From Albidovulum sp. (GTDB taxonomy: Bacteria > Pseudomonadota > Alphaproteobacteria > Rhodobacterales > Rhodobacteraceae), in contig NZ_WBUS01000001.1 of the NCBI RefSeq assembly GCF_008933605.1, positions 18,939-82,938 of the forward strand: a DNA stretch of 64,000 nt. Direction: 5' to 3'. The notes beneath the pieces were generated by a model. It was not told the DNA's origin and did not search any database. It worked only from the letters and a program-made list of their open reading frames with translations. The translations under genes and the position numbers were made by a program. This document shows, in pieces, positions 38,068-47,632 of the stretch (position 1 is the first letter of the stretch; every line of letters begins with the position of its first letter).

Positions 38068-39171
38068 TCAGCCCGACTTGATTTCCTGCCAGGCGCGGGT
38101 CATCGCGCGGTCCTGCTCCTCGGAGAAGGGCTTCGGCGCCCACATCCGGCCGATTGTCTCGGCATCCGGGTAGACGGCGGGATCCTCGAGGATCTCGGGC
38201 AGGATGAACTCCTTCGCCGCGAGGTTCCCCGTGGCGTAGTAGGTGAAGTTGGTGCAGCCCGCCGCGACCTCGGGCTGCATCATGAAGTCCATGAACTTGT
38301 AGGCATTCTCGCGGTTCGGCGCGTCCGACGTGATGCACATCACGTCGATCCAGGCCGGCGCGCCCGACTTCGGAACGAAATAGGCCAGGTTCATCTCGAC
38401 TCCGGCCTCTGCCGCGCGGGTCGCTGCCGTCGCATAGTCGCCCGACCAGTTGTTGATGACGCAAAGCTCGCCGTTCGGAATCGCGTTCAGGTAGTTGGTG
38501 TTGTCGAAGGTGCGGATGTAGGGGCGGATCGGTTTGAACGCCTCGACGACCTTCTGATAGTCCTCGACATTGGTCGTGTCGCCGTCGAGCCCGAGATACT
38601 TCAGCACCATCAGCATGATGTCGGTCGGGCTGTCGAGAATCGAGATGCCGCAGTCGGCCAGCTTCTCGGCGTTCTCCGGCTTGAAGATCAGGTCCATGGT
38701 CGTCATGTCGGCATCCGGGATGCGCTCCTTGACCATGTCCACGTTGAAGGTGAACCCGACCGAGCCCCACATGTAGGGCACGCCGTACAGGTTCTCGGGG
38801 TCCCAGCCCGAGAGGATGCGCACCACCTCGGGGTCGAGGTTCTTCCAGTTCGGCAGGAGCGTCTTGTCGAGCTTTTCGTAGAGGCCCGCGGCGATCGCCC
38901 GTGGCATGTCGATGCCGGCATGGTCCACCACGTCGTAGCCGGTGGAGCCGGCGAGCATCTTGGCCTGCATCTCCTCGGCCGAGGAATAGGTGTCGTAGAC
39001 GACGCCGATTCCGGTCTGCGCCTCGAAGTCGGCGAGCGTGGTCTCGCCGATGTAGTCGGCCCAGTTGTAGACGTTGACGGTGCCGGCCTGGGCCCAGGAG
39101 GGACGAACGTACGGCACGGCAAGCGCCCCGCCGAGCGCCGTGAGGGCGGTTCTTCGCGTGAGTCTGGTCAT
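38068..39171 (-). CDS. periplasmic polyamine/opine-type substrate-binding protein (PotD/PotF-like)
   Basis: 367 aa with the signal MTRLTRRTALTALGGALAVPYVRPSWAQA, then NVYNWADYIGE. Confidence 0.85.
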   Translation of the reverse strand: MTRLTRRTALTALGGALAVPYVRPSWAQAGTVNVYNWADYIGETTLADFEAQTGIGVVYDTYSSAEEMQAKMLAGSTGYDVVDHAGIDMPRAIAAGLYEKLDKTLLPNWKNLDPEVVRILSGWDPENLYGVPYMWGSVGFTFNVDMVKERIPDADMTTMDLIFKPENAEKLADCGISILDSPTDIMLMVLKYLGLDGDTTNVEDYQKVVEAFKPIRPYIRTFDNTNYLNAIPNGELCVINNWSGDYATAATRAAEAGVEMNLAYFVPKSGAPAWIDVMCITSDAPNRENAYKFMDFMMQPEVAAGCTNFTYYATGNLAAKEFILPEILEDPAVYPDAETIGRMWAPKPFSEEQDRAMTRAWQEIKSG

Positions 39172-39210
39172 CCTCGGTATCTCCCCATGAGTGCGCCTTT
39201 TCCTTCGAGC

Positions 39211-40428
39211 TTAGGACGGATTCGCGCCGGCGCTACGCAAATCTTCGTTCAGGGCAGCGATCCGGTCCTCCTCGGGTGCCTCGCTCAGCCGTGTGACCGG
39301 CAGAAGCCGGCGGAGTACGTCGTGGTGGGCGCGCACGCCATACTCGAGGTCGGAGAGGTGGAAATCGTCGAAGGCGGTCGACTTCATCGACTCGTTCGAC
39401 CAAATCGACAGTTGCCGGTCCTCGACCGATGTCGCGCGGTCGATTCGCGCGGCCAGGTAGCGCGCCGCGCGGGTTACACGGTTTTCCTCCGGCTGGCGGT
39501 ACATGCGCCCTGCCAGCCGGGTTTCGTCCTTCGTGAGCGGGATGTCGTGGTAGTACTGCGCCCCTTCGGGCGTGAAGGCGAAGACCGTGTTGGGGAAAAG
39601 CCCGTAGTAGGTCCAGGACCGGCGCAGCCGCGGTGGCAGATGCTCCGGCCGCGGCGTCAGTTTCAGGTAGTTGCGCACCGACCAGAGGCGCCCGCCGGTT
39701 TCGCCGAATTCGCCGTGAGAATGCGAGATTCCGCCGGGATAGACTATGTCTCGGTAGCTCCGGCCATAGAGGTCCTGCAAGGCCGGATGGGCCATGGCGA
39801 CATGGTAGCCCTCGTTGTCGACGTCGCGGACGGATTTCCAGTTGACCGGCAAGGTCGCCGTCTGCCCGCCGGGCATCTCCGTGGGCAGCAGTGCCTCGGC
39901 CCGGTAGGTCGAGAAATCCGCGTCGAAGGGTTGCATGAGCCGGGCGACGGCGGGTTGCGGACCGGGCAGGAACCGCAGGAAGAGAAAGCCGTGCCAAATC
40001 TCCATCTCGACCAGTTTCAGTCCGAAGGCAGCACGGTCCATGTCGCCGAAGCTCTCGGGGCGCGCCGCGCCGCGCAAGGTGCCGTCGAGGTTGTAGACCC
40101 AGCCGTGGAAGGGGCAGACCATCGCCGACTTGCAGTGCCCGGACGCGCCATCGGCCAGCCGCGCGCCCCGGTGGCGGCAGAGGTTGTGGAAGGCGCGTAC
40201 CGCGCCGTCGCGTCCCCGGATGATCAGCGCGCGTTCGCCGAGCAGATCGAATGTCAGCCAGTCGCCCGGCGCGGGCACGTCCGAGACGTGCCCGGCGACC
40301 TGCCAGTGGGTAAGGAAGACCTCGCGTCGTTCAAGCTCGAAGAGCGCCTTGGAATGGTAGGTCCAGCCGGGCAACCCCCGGCGGTCCCAGTCGTTCGGCA
40401 CTGCGATCGGCTTTCCTGCCGCAGTCAT
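39211..40428 (-). CDS. Rieske [2Fe-2S] non-heme-iron oxygenase, alpha-subunit type
   Basis: 405 aa with CRHRGARL...CPFHGW. Confidence 0.85.
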   Translation of the reverse strand: MTAAGKPIAVPNDWDRRGLPGWTYHSKALFELERREVFLTHWQVAGHVSDVPAPGDWLTFDLLGERALIIRGRDGAVRAFHNLCRHRGARLADGASGHCKSAMVCPFHGWVYNLDGTLRGAARPESFGDMDRAAFGLKLVEMEIWHGFLFLRFLPGPQPAVARLMQPFDADFSTYRAEALLPTEMPGGQTATLPVNWKSVRDVDNEGYHVAMAHPALQDLYGRSYRDIVYPGGISHSHGEFGETGGRLWSVRNYLKLTPRPEHLPPRLRRSWTYYGLFPNTVFAFTPEGAQYYHDIPLTKDETRLAGRMYRQPEENRVTRAARYLAARIDRATSVEDRQLSIWSNESMKSTAFDDFHLSDLEYGVRAHHDVLRRLLPVTRLSEAPEEDRIAALNEDLRSAGANPS

Positions 40429-40460
40429 CGCTTCCTCCCGTCAATCGGGCTGGGCCGGAC

Positions 40461-41585
40461 TCAGCTGGCGTCCATCTGCGCCCGCACCCAGTCGTGAAAT
40501 CGCAGGATGTCGAATTCCTGCGGCATGAGTCGGCCACCTCCGTATCGTTCCGACTTCAGGCCGCGCTGGTTCATCTCGCAGGCCGCGCCGTCCTGCTCGA
40601 GGACGATGGTGGCGAATCGCGCAACCTCGGCCGCGTCGAAGCCCGGTTGCGAAAGCGTCTCCTCGGAGAAGAGCCATTCCGCCGTCAGGCGCGTGCGCTC
40701 GGGGCCGAGCGGCGTGACCGTGACGGCCCGGACGTAGTCCACGTGGGCCACGACGAACATCGACGGGTAGAGCGTCACGAAGTTGAAGCCGTTCGCCCGC
40801 TGCTCCGCTGTCAGGTCGGGGAATTCGGGCCCACACGGGGCCCCGGACATGGTCCAGGTCCGCGCACCCTCCTTCAGCACCGGAGCGGAGGGCGTCGCCT
40901 TGCTCCAGCCCGGTGCCTCGTTCGCGGCCATCACGCCCTGCCGGTAGATAGGCACCATGTCGCACAGTTCCGGGTGGATGCCCGGGCAATGCAGGCACTC
41001 GTTGTAGTTCTCCCAGAAGATCTTCCAGTTGCAGTCGAGCTCCTTCACCAGCCGGTGCCCGGTCTTGAGGCGATCCATTGGCCAGGCGTCGAGTGCCTCG
41101 AGTCCGAGGTCAGGCCTGAGCGCGGGCGGCGTATCGGCGAGGCAGAGGAAGAGGAAGCCGTTCCAGTCGCGCAGATGAACGGGGAAGAGCCCGTTGTCCG
41201 CCTTCACGAAGTCCGGGGTGGGTGTGGCGAAGGCCGTCGAGACGAGCCGGCCGGAGGTGTCGTAGGCCCAGTTGTGGTAGGGGCATGTGATGAGCCGGCC
41301 GAGGGGCTTCTCCGCCACGGAACAGAGTTCCGCGCCACGATGGCGGCAGGTGTTGTGAAAGGCGGTGACACGGCCGCCGCCGTCGCGGCAGAGGACGACG
41401 TTCTGCCCGCCCGCCTCCACCCGCCGCATCGTGCCCGGCGGAAGGTCGTTCAGCCGGCCGACATGCACCCAGTTCCGCCGCCAGATTGCCCGTTCCTCGC
41501 GCGCATACCAGTCCGGGTCGCGGTAGGCCGCTGCCGGAAGCGTCTCCGGGCAGCGGTCAAGCAGCGGCGAGGCATTGTCCGTCAT
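40461..41585 (-). CDS. Rieske [2Fe-2S] non-heme-iron oxygenase, alpha-subunit type (second copy)
   Basis: 374 aa with CRHRGAEL...CPYHNW. Confidence 0.85.
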   Translation of the reverse strand: MTDNASPLLDRCPETLPAAAYRDPDWYAREERAIWRRNWVHVGRLNDLPPGTMRRVEAGGQNVVLCRDGGGRVTAFHNTCRHRGAELCSVAEKPLGRLITCPYHNWAYDTSGRLVSTAFATPTPDFVKADNGLFPVHLRDWNGFLFLCLADTPPALRPDLGLEALDAWPMDRLKTGHRLVKELDCNWKIFWENYNECLHCPGIHPELCDMVPIYRQGVMAANEAPGWSKATPSAPVLKEGARTWTMSGAPCGPEFPDLTAEQRANGFNFVTLYPSMFVVAHVDYVRAVTVTPLGPERTRLTAEWLFSEETLSQPGFDAAEVARFATIVLEQDGAACEMNQRGLKSERYGGGRLMPQEFDILRFHDWVRAQMDAS

Positions 41586-42931
41586 GCGCGCTTCTCGGCC
41601 TCAAAGTGTTCGAGCGTCAGGTCCACGGCAGTCTCGACGGCCCGCAGCGTCTCGGCAAGGCAGGCAGCATCGGTTCCGTGGGCCTCGCAGATGAACCAGG
41701 GTTCGCGCGAGTCGGGCTCGCAGATCACGCCGAGGTCATGCAGGAACCGGGCCATCTGGTCGTAGAAGGAATAGTCCGAGGTCTTCCAGTCCCGGTAGTT
41801 GTCGGGTGGCGTGTCGGCGAAGAAGAGCCCGAACATCGACGAATGCCCGGCGTAGGAATGGGCGATGCCTCGGCGCGTGAGGATCGCGGATATGCCGGCC
41901 TTCAGCGCCTCGCCATATCGCGCGATCGTCTCGAGCGCGGGCGTTTCGTCAAGGATCCGCAGGCACTCCTCGGCGGCAGCGAGACTGACCGAGTGGGCGG
42001 TATACGTGCCGCCATGTGCGGCGCCGCCGTGGCGGAAGGTCCGCATCACCTCGGCCCGGCCGGCCACCACCGAGATCGGATAGCCGTTCGCCACGGCCTT
42101 GGCGAAGGTGCAGATGTCGGGCGTCACGCCGTAGAGCGACTGCACGCCGCCCTTGGCCACGCGGAAACCGGTCTTCACCTCGTCGATGATGAGCAGGACG
42201 CCGTAGCGGTCGCAGAGCGCGCGTGCCAGGCGGACGTAGTCGACGGATGCCGTGATGCCGCAGCAATTGCCCTGGATCGGCTCGATCAGCATTGCCGCCA
42301 TGCTGTTCCCGTAGCGGCGGAACGTGTCTTCGAGGCGCTCGAGGTCGTTCATCGGCACCAGATGGGCGAGCGCCTTCAATTCCTGCGGGATGCCCTTGGA
42401 GTAGGAGACGACCTCGGGGTCGCGGTTGGAACTGCGTTCCCACCCCTCGACATTGGCCATCCACATCGCGGCGTCGAAGAGCCCGTGGTAGGCGCCTTCG
42501 ACCAGGAGGTAGCTGTCGCGTCCGGTATGGGCGCGCGCAAGGCGCAGCGCCGCCATGACCGCCTCGGTGCCGGAGTTGGAAAAGCGCACCATCTCGGCCG
42601 CCGGCACCATCTTCGCGATGCGATCGGCCACGATCAGTTCGCGTTCCGTCGAGAGCGCAAAGACGCCGCCCACCTCCATCCCCCGCCGCGCCGCGGCATC
42701 CACGCGGTCGTCGGCATAGCCGAGGATCGCGGGGCCGTAGGCGAGCCGGTAGTCGATGTACCGGTTGCCGTCGATGTCCCACATCCTGCCGCCCTTGCCG
42801 TGGTCGACGTAGATGGTGCGTTCATCGCCCCAGTAGCGGAAGGTGGAGGAAACGCCGAGCGGCAGGCGCTCGGACGCCCGGGCGAACTGGGCGTTGGATT
42901 TTCTGAGATCCCGGCTGGGAAGCGGGCGCAT
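41582..42931 (-). CDS. class III (HemL-like) PLP-dependent aminotransferase
   Basis: 449 aa with DGNRYIDYRLAYGPAILGY, LIIDEVKTGFR and TFAKAVANG (PLP-binding Lys). Confidence 0.85.
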   Translation of the reverse strand: MRPLPSRDLRKSNAQFARASERLPLGVSSTFRYWGDERTIYVDHGKGGRMWDIDGNRYIDYRLAYGPAILGYADDRVDAAARRGMEVGGVFALSTERELIVADRIAKMVPAAEMVRFSNSGTEAVMAALRLARAHTGRDSYLLVEGAYHGLFDAAMWMANVEGWERSSNRDPEVVSYSKGIPQELKALAHLVPMNDLERLEDTFRRYGNSMAAMLIEPIQGNCCGITASVDYVRLARALCDRYGVLLIIDEVKTGFRVAKGGVQSLYGVTPDICTFAKAVANGYPISVVAGRAEVMRTFRHGGAAHGGTYTAHSVSLAAAEECLRILDETPALETIARYGEALKAGISAILTRRGIAHSYAGHSSMFGLFFADTPPDNYRDWKTSDYSFYDQMARFLHDLGVICEPDSREPWFICEAHGTDAACLAETLRAVETAVDLTLEHFEAEKRA

Positions 42932-43120
42932 GATGTGACCTGTCGGATTCGGGCGGCGCCGGCAATCGGCGGCAGCCGCATTTTAATGTACGATCATTCA
43001 TTCATATTCTGACTGAACTGTCAATCAAGATGAAGACGTGCCCGGCCGCCTTGCGTGACGCCGGCAATACTCTATCTCTTCATTGATCGGCGGCGCGCCT
43101 TGTGGAGGACGGAAACGGCC

Positions 43121-43783
43121 ATGGACGACACCGGCGGGATTGCCAAGCCTGACGCGACCCCGCGCAAGCAGAGCCGTGCCGCGCGTCGCCAGCAGCTCAT
43201 CGAGGCGACGATCGAGACAATTGCAACGCAGGGCTTCTCGCGCACGACGCTGACCGACGTCGCGCGGCAGGCGGGCATATCGCACGGGCTCGTGAACTTC
43301 CACTTCGAGACGAAGGAGCGGCTTCTGACCGAGACGCTGCAGTATCTTGCGGCGGAATACCGGCAGAACTGGACCGCCGCACTCGAGGCGGCAGGCCCCT
43401 CGCCGGCCGAACAGCTCGATGCGGTGCTCCGCGCCGATTTCGACCCCCGGATCTGCACTAAGCCGCGGCTTTCGGCCTGGTGCGCCTTCTGGGGGGAGGC
43501 ACAGTGCCGGCCGATGTATCAGGCCCTCTGCGGATCGAACGACGACGACTACACCCGCACCCTCGAAAGCATCTGCGCCCGGCTGGTGGCCGAGGACGGG
43601 CAGGGCGGCGATCCGGTACGGATCGCGCGCGTTCTCAGGATCACGACGGAAGGCGTCTGGCTCGACATGATGACGATGACGGAACCCTATTCCGCCGCCG
43701 AGGCGATGCGGACGACCTTCACCTGCGCGGCCGCCTTCTTCCCCCGCCGGTTCGACGAGAACGGATTGCTTTGCCGGGAATGA
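43121..43783 (+). CDS. TetR-family transcriptional regulator (BetI-like)
   Basis: RRQQLIEATIETIATQGFSRTTLTDVARQAGISHGLVNFHFETKERLL. Start chosen at ATG 43121. Divergent from the catabolic operon. Confidence 0.85.
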   Translation: MDDTGGIAKPDATPRKQSRAARRQQLIEATIETIATQGFSRTTLTDVARQAGISHGLVNFHFETKERLLTETLQYLAAEYRQNWTAALEAAGPSPAEQLDAVLRADFDPRICTKPRLSAWCAFWGEAQCRPMYQALCGSNDDDYTRTLESICARLVAEDGQGGDPVRIARVLRITTEGVWLDMMTMTEPYSAAEAMRTTFTCAAAFFPRRFDENGLLCRE

Positions 43784-43889
43784 CGGGGGCTTAGCCCGGA
43801 CCGGGAAAGACGACGGCGGCGGGATCTTGTATCGCCGTTCGTTCGGTCTCAAAGATCGGGCAGTTGCCGTCTGACCGGGGAGAAGGGCA

Positions 43890-45149
43890 TTGATCGCGCG
43901 ACCGGATGTACTCGTCATCGGCGCGGGGGTGATCGGCCTTTCGGCCGCCCACGCCGCCCTTGCGCGTGGACTCAGCGTGCATGTCGTTGACCGCGAAGGG
44001 CCCGCGGCGGGGGCATCGGCCGGGAATGCAGGTGGCTTCGCCTTTGCCGAGGTTCATCCGCTCGCCTCGCCAGAAACGCTTCTTGCATCGCCGCGCTGGC
44101 TGCTCGACCCGCTCGGGCCTCTGGCGATTCCGCCGCGCTATGCGCCGCGCATCGCCCCATGGATGGCACGCTTTGCTTGCGCGAGCCTTCCCCACCGGGT
44201 TGCCGCTGCCACGGATGCCCAGGCGGGCCTTATGCGGCTCGCGCGTGCGACGCTGGAGCCGTTCATGTCGACGACGGGCACCCTGGCCATGCTGCGCAAG
44301 ACCGGCCAGTTGCAGGTCCATGAGACCGCCCACGCCTTCGCGGCCGACTGCCGGGGCCGGGAGGAGGCCGCGCGGTTCGGGTTCGGCTGGCGATCGCTCA
44401 TCGGCCCCGATGCCATTTCCGAAATCCAGCCGGGACTGTCGCCGCGCTTCACCCATGCGACTTTCACTGAGGATTGGTGGGCCATCGCGGACCCGAAGCT
44501 CTACGTCTTGGCGCTGGCCGCCGCGCTCGAAGCGAAGGGGGCGACGGTCGGCGTGGGCGAGGTGCGCAGGATCGCGGTCGGAGGGAACGGCGTGACCGCC
44601 CACCTGGCGGACGGGCGGGCGCTTCCCGCCGGACAGATCGTGCTGGCGGCCGGCGCGCACTCTCATCGAATAGCCCGAAGCCTGGGCGACCGCATCCCGC
44701 TGGAGACCGAGCGCGGGTACAACACGACCCTGCCGCCGGGCGCTTTCGGGCTACGCTGCCACATCACCTTTGCCGCGCACGGATTCGTGGCCTCGCCGCT
44801 GTCCACCGGCATCCGGATCGGCGGAGCCGTGGAACTCGGCGGGCTCAACCTGCCGCCGAACTACGCGCGGTCCCGCGCGATGCTTGCAAAGGCGAAGGAT
44901 TTCCTGCCGGAGCTGCGGACGGAGGGCGGCACCGAGTGGATGGGCTTCCGGCCCTCCCTTCCCGATTCCTTGCCGATCATCGGGCGCTGTGCGAAAGCGC
45001 CCGACGTCCTCTACGCTTTCGGCCACGGCCATCTGGGGCTGACGCAATCCAGCGCGACTGCGACGCTCGTGGCGGAGCTTCTGATGCGGCAGAACCCGAG
45101 CATCGATCTTGCCCCATTCGATCCGGGGCGCTTTCGCTGGGTCCTGTGA
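43890..45149 (+). CDS. FAD-dependent oxidoreductase (D-amino-acid dehydrogenase/DAO family)
   Basis: 419 aa. DVLVIGAGVIGLSAA is a dinucleotide-binding motif. TTG start. Confidence 0.8.
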   Translation: MIARPDVLVIGAGVIGLSAAHAALARGLSVHVVDREGPAAGASAGNAGGFAFAEVHPLASPETLLASPRWLLDPLGPLAIPPRYAPRIAPWMARFACASLPHRVAAATDAQAGLMRLARATLEPFMSTTGTLAMLRKTGQLQVHETAHAFAADCRGREEAARFGFGWRSLIGPDAISEIQPGLSPRFTHATFTEDWWAIADPKLYVLALAAALEAKGATVGVGEVRRIAVGGNGVTAHLADGRALPAGQIVLAAGAHSHRIARSLGDRIPLETERGYNTTLPPGAFGLRCHITFAAHGFVASPLSTGIRIGGAVELGGLNLPPNYARSRAMLAKAKDFLPELRTEGGTEWMGFRPSLPDSLPIIGRCAKAPDVLYAFGHGHLGLTQSSATATLVAELLMRQNPSIDLAPFDPGRFRWVL

Positions 45150-45150
45150 T

Positions 45151-46227
45151 TCAGCCCATGCGGTAGCCAGGGGTCGATTGCGACAGGGCGCGCTCCTCTT
45201 CGTCCATATCCTCGGCAATGCCGTCGAAGAGCGGGGTGGAAAGATAGCGCTCGCCCGTGTCGGGCAGCATCACGAGGATGACCGAGCCCGGCGCGGCCGC
45301 CTCCGCCACCTTGATTGCCGTCGCAAAGGTCGCGCCGCCCGAAATCCCCGTGAAGATCCCCTCCTTCCGCGCCAGTTCGCGCGACCAGTGGATCGCGTCG
45401 GGCCCGGGAACGGGGATCAGTGCATCGTAAAAGCCGCGGTCCAGCGCCTCCTGCAGGACGGCCGGGATGAAGTCCGGGGTCCAGCCCTGGATCGGATGCG
45501 GCTGGAAGGCCGGGTGACTGACGGCCGGGGCACCGTCCGCGCCGCGTTCCTGCGCGACCCCGCTCTGCACCAGCGCGGCGTTCGCGGGTTCGCTGAGGAC
45601 GATCCGAACCTCCGGCCGCTCCTTCCGCAGGACCCGCCCGATCCCTGTCACGGTGCCGCCGGTGCCGTAGCCCGTCACGACAACGTCGAGCCGCTGACTC
45701 GCGAAGTCGCCAAGGATTTCCTGCGCAGTGGTCGTCTCGTGGATGTCGGCGTTGTCCTTCGTCTCGAACTGGTGGGCAAGGAACCAGCCGTGCCGCTCGG
45801 CCAGTTCCACGGCCTTGTTGTACATGCCCGTGCCCTTCTCGGTCTTCGGGGTCAGAACGACCTTCGCCCCCAGCAGCCGCATCAGCCGCCGACGCTCGAC
45901 CGAGAAGCTTTCGGCCATCGTCACGACGAGCGGATAGCCCTTCTGGGCGCAGACCATCGCCAGCCCGATGCCGGTATTGCCCGATGTCGCCTCCACCACG
46001 GTCTGGCCCGGCTTCAGCCGACCCTCGCGCTCCGCCGCCTCGATGATGTTGACGGCAAGCCGGTCCTTCACCGAGGCGCCGGGGTTGAACGCCTCGGCCT
46101 TGACATAAAGCGTCACATGGTCGGGGCCGAGGTTGTTCACCCGGATCGCCGGCGTATCGCCGATCGTGTCGAGCACGCTGTCGAAAAGCCGGCCCCGGCC
46201 TTTCGTCGTCCTGATTCCCTTGGCCAT
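45151..46227 (-). CDS. cysK: cysteine synthase A-like PLP enzyme
   Basis: TIGDTPAIRVNNL, KAEAFNPGASVKDR (PLP-binding Lys) and SGNTGIGLA. Start at ATG 46225-46227 after GAGGGA. Confidence 0.85.
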   Translation of the reverse strand: MAKGIRTTKGRGRLFDSVLDTIGDTPAIRVNNLGPDHVTLYVKAEAFNPGASVKDRLAVNIIEAAEREGRLKPGQTVVEATSGNTGIGLAMVCAQKGYPLVVTMAESFSVERRRLMRLLGAKVVLTPKTEKGTGMYNKAVELAERHGWFLAHQFETKDNADIHETTTAQEILGDFASQRLDVVVTGYGTGGTVTGIGRVLRKERPEVRIVLSEPANAALVQSGVAQERGADGAPAVSHPAFQPHPIQGWTPDFIPAVLQEALDRGFYDALIPVPGPDAIHWSRELARKEGIFTGISGGATFATAIKVAEAAAPGSVILVMLPDTGERYLSTPLFDGIAEDMDEEERALSQSTPGYRMG

Positions 46228-46392
46228 CTCGGTCCCTCGCGTCTGTTGCACTGCCATCCTATCAGACATGTGCACGGAACCGGAAAGGGACACGGGACCG
46301 GGTACCCGCGGCGACGAAAAAGGACGGAATCCGGCCTGTATCGCTGCGGACGGAACCATAGCGCCGCGCCGGACGACCCGCGCGGAACGCTG

Positions 46393-47469
46393 TCAGCCGC
46401 GGCGGCCACGGTGGCCGACGTTGTAGTAGTTGCCCGTCCTGGTTTCGAGGTAGGGCATCAACGGAATCTCCTCCTGCTTCAGGAACCCCTTCTGCGGCAG
46501 AAGCCCGGCCTGCACCATCTCGATCACGGCCACGACAGAGGCGGAGGTCGTCCAGGCAATCGCCGTCCGACGCCGACCGCCGATTTCCAGCGGATAGTAC
46601 GAACGGACGAACTCGCGGCGCTTCAACTGCCCTTCCTTCCAGCCTTCGGCGGCGACATGGACATAGACCACATCCTCGTCCACCGGCGGCTTGGCGTGGG
46701 TGAGGATCTTCCCCGCGGCCTCGCGGTTCTCGCGCATCAGGAGCTCGTGGAAGAAGAAGTTCATCAGCTGCACGTGGCCGGGATAGCGCATCGTCTTGTA
46801 GTCGATGTTCTCGACCCGGCCCGCATAGGTCTCGCACATCGTGCCGAGCCCGCCCGAGGTGGTGAAGGCCTCCAGATGCACGCCGTCGATGTAGATCGTC
46901 TCGATCCACTCCATGGCGGAGACGGTCTTGTGGACGCCCTCCTCGATCACCTCGCAGTCGTTGAGGTATTCGTTGACCACGCCCTCCGGCGACCAGTTGA
47001 AGGCATAGCCCAGGAGCCCCGTGGGGTTCTGCGGCAGCGCGCCGACACGAAGGCGGATGGAACGGACCTTGTCGAACATCTCGGCCAGATGCGCGCCGAC
47101 GATGCCGACGAACCCCGGGGCGAGGCCGCATTGCGGTGCCATGATGCCCTTGGCGGTCTTCGCCAGTTCGCGGATGTGCCTGGTCGTCGGCACGTCCTCG
47201 GTCAGGTCGAAATAGTGCAGCCCGAGTCGATGGGCGGCCGAGGAAACGCCTTTGTTCAGGTGATAGGGCAGGCAGGAAAGGACTGCCTCCTGCCCGTCCA
47301 GCACCGCGTCGAGATCGCCGGTCAGGTCGGCGACCTTCACCGGGAACGGGCAGCCTGAGACAGCGCGGGAATCGATCCCGGTCACCTCGAACCCAGCCTC
47401 TGCCAGAAGCTCGGCCGCCAGATGGCCGACCTTGCCAAGCCCCAGAACCGCAACCTTCGTGAACGCCAT
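46393..47469 (-). CDS. saccharopine dehydrogenase family protein
   Basis: 358 aa from MAFTKVAVLGLGKVGHLAAELL (Rossmann motif), with AGGAGG upstream. The family call rests on overall resemblance. Confidence 0.7.
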   Translation of the reverse strand: MAFTKVAVLGLGKVGHLAAELLAEAGFEVTGIDSRAVSGCPFPVKVADLTGDLDAVLDGQEAVLSCLPYHLNKGVSSAAHRLGLHYFDLTEDVPTTRHIRELAKTAKGIMAPQCGLAPGFVGIVGAHLAEMFDKVRSIRLRVGALPQNPTGLLGYAFNWSPEGVVNEYLNDCEVIEEGVHKTVSAMEWIETIYIDGVHLEAFTTSGGLGTMCETYAGRVENIDYKTMRYPGHVQLMNFFFHELLMRENREAAGKILTHAKPPVDEDVVYVHVAAEGWKEGQLKRREFVRSYYPLEIGGRRRTAIAWTTSASVVAVIEMVQAGLLPQKGFLKQEEIPLMPYLETRTGNYYNVGHRGRRG

Positions 47470-47632
47470 CGCATCCTCCTGCCTATCCGAATTGCCATCA
47501 CAATCGCCGGGGTGGCTGTCGATTTCGCGCGTAAATTCGGCGAATTGGTGAGCGGCTCGCAGAAAAGTAACGGTACGGCCGGTCAAAGTGACGGGCCGGG
47601 CCTTTTCGCGTGACGCGGCGAGGAAACGCCCG

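Noticed and set aside
35923-40497. 1524-aa ORF on the plus strand opposite the pot-like transporter and Rieske genes
   Set aside because: A shadow frame of five well-supported minus-strand genes. It is Arg/Gly/Asp/His-rich low-complexity sequence with no domain signature.
42990-43060. AT-rich segment with TGAC...GTCA and ATT..AAT partial dyads as a possible TetR operator between the aminotransferase operon and the TetR gene
   Set aside because: The inverted repeats are only 4-6 bp and imperfect. I cannot distinguish an operator from ordinary AT-rich promoter DNA by eye.
45109-47358. 749-aa plus-strand ORF opposite cysK and the saccharopine dehydrogenase gene; likewise 58707-60596 (629 aa) and 50538-52364 (608 aa)
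   Set aside because: All are antisense to genes with clear family motifs and good Shine-Dalgarno and start contexts. They are treated as high-GC shadow ORFs.
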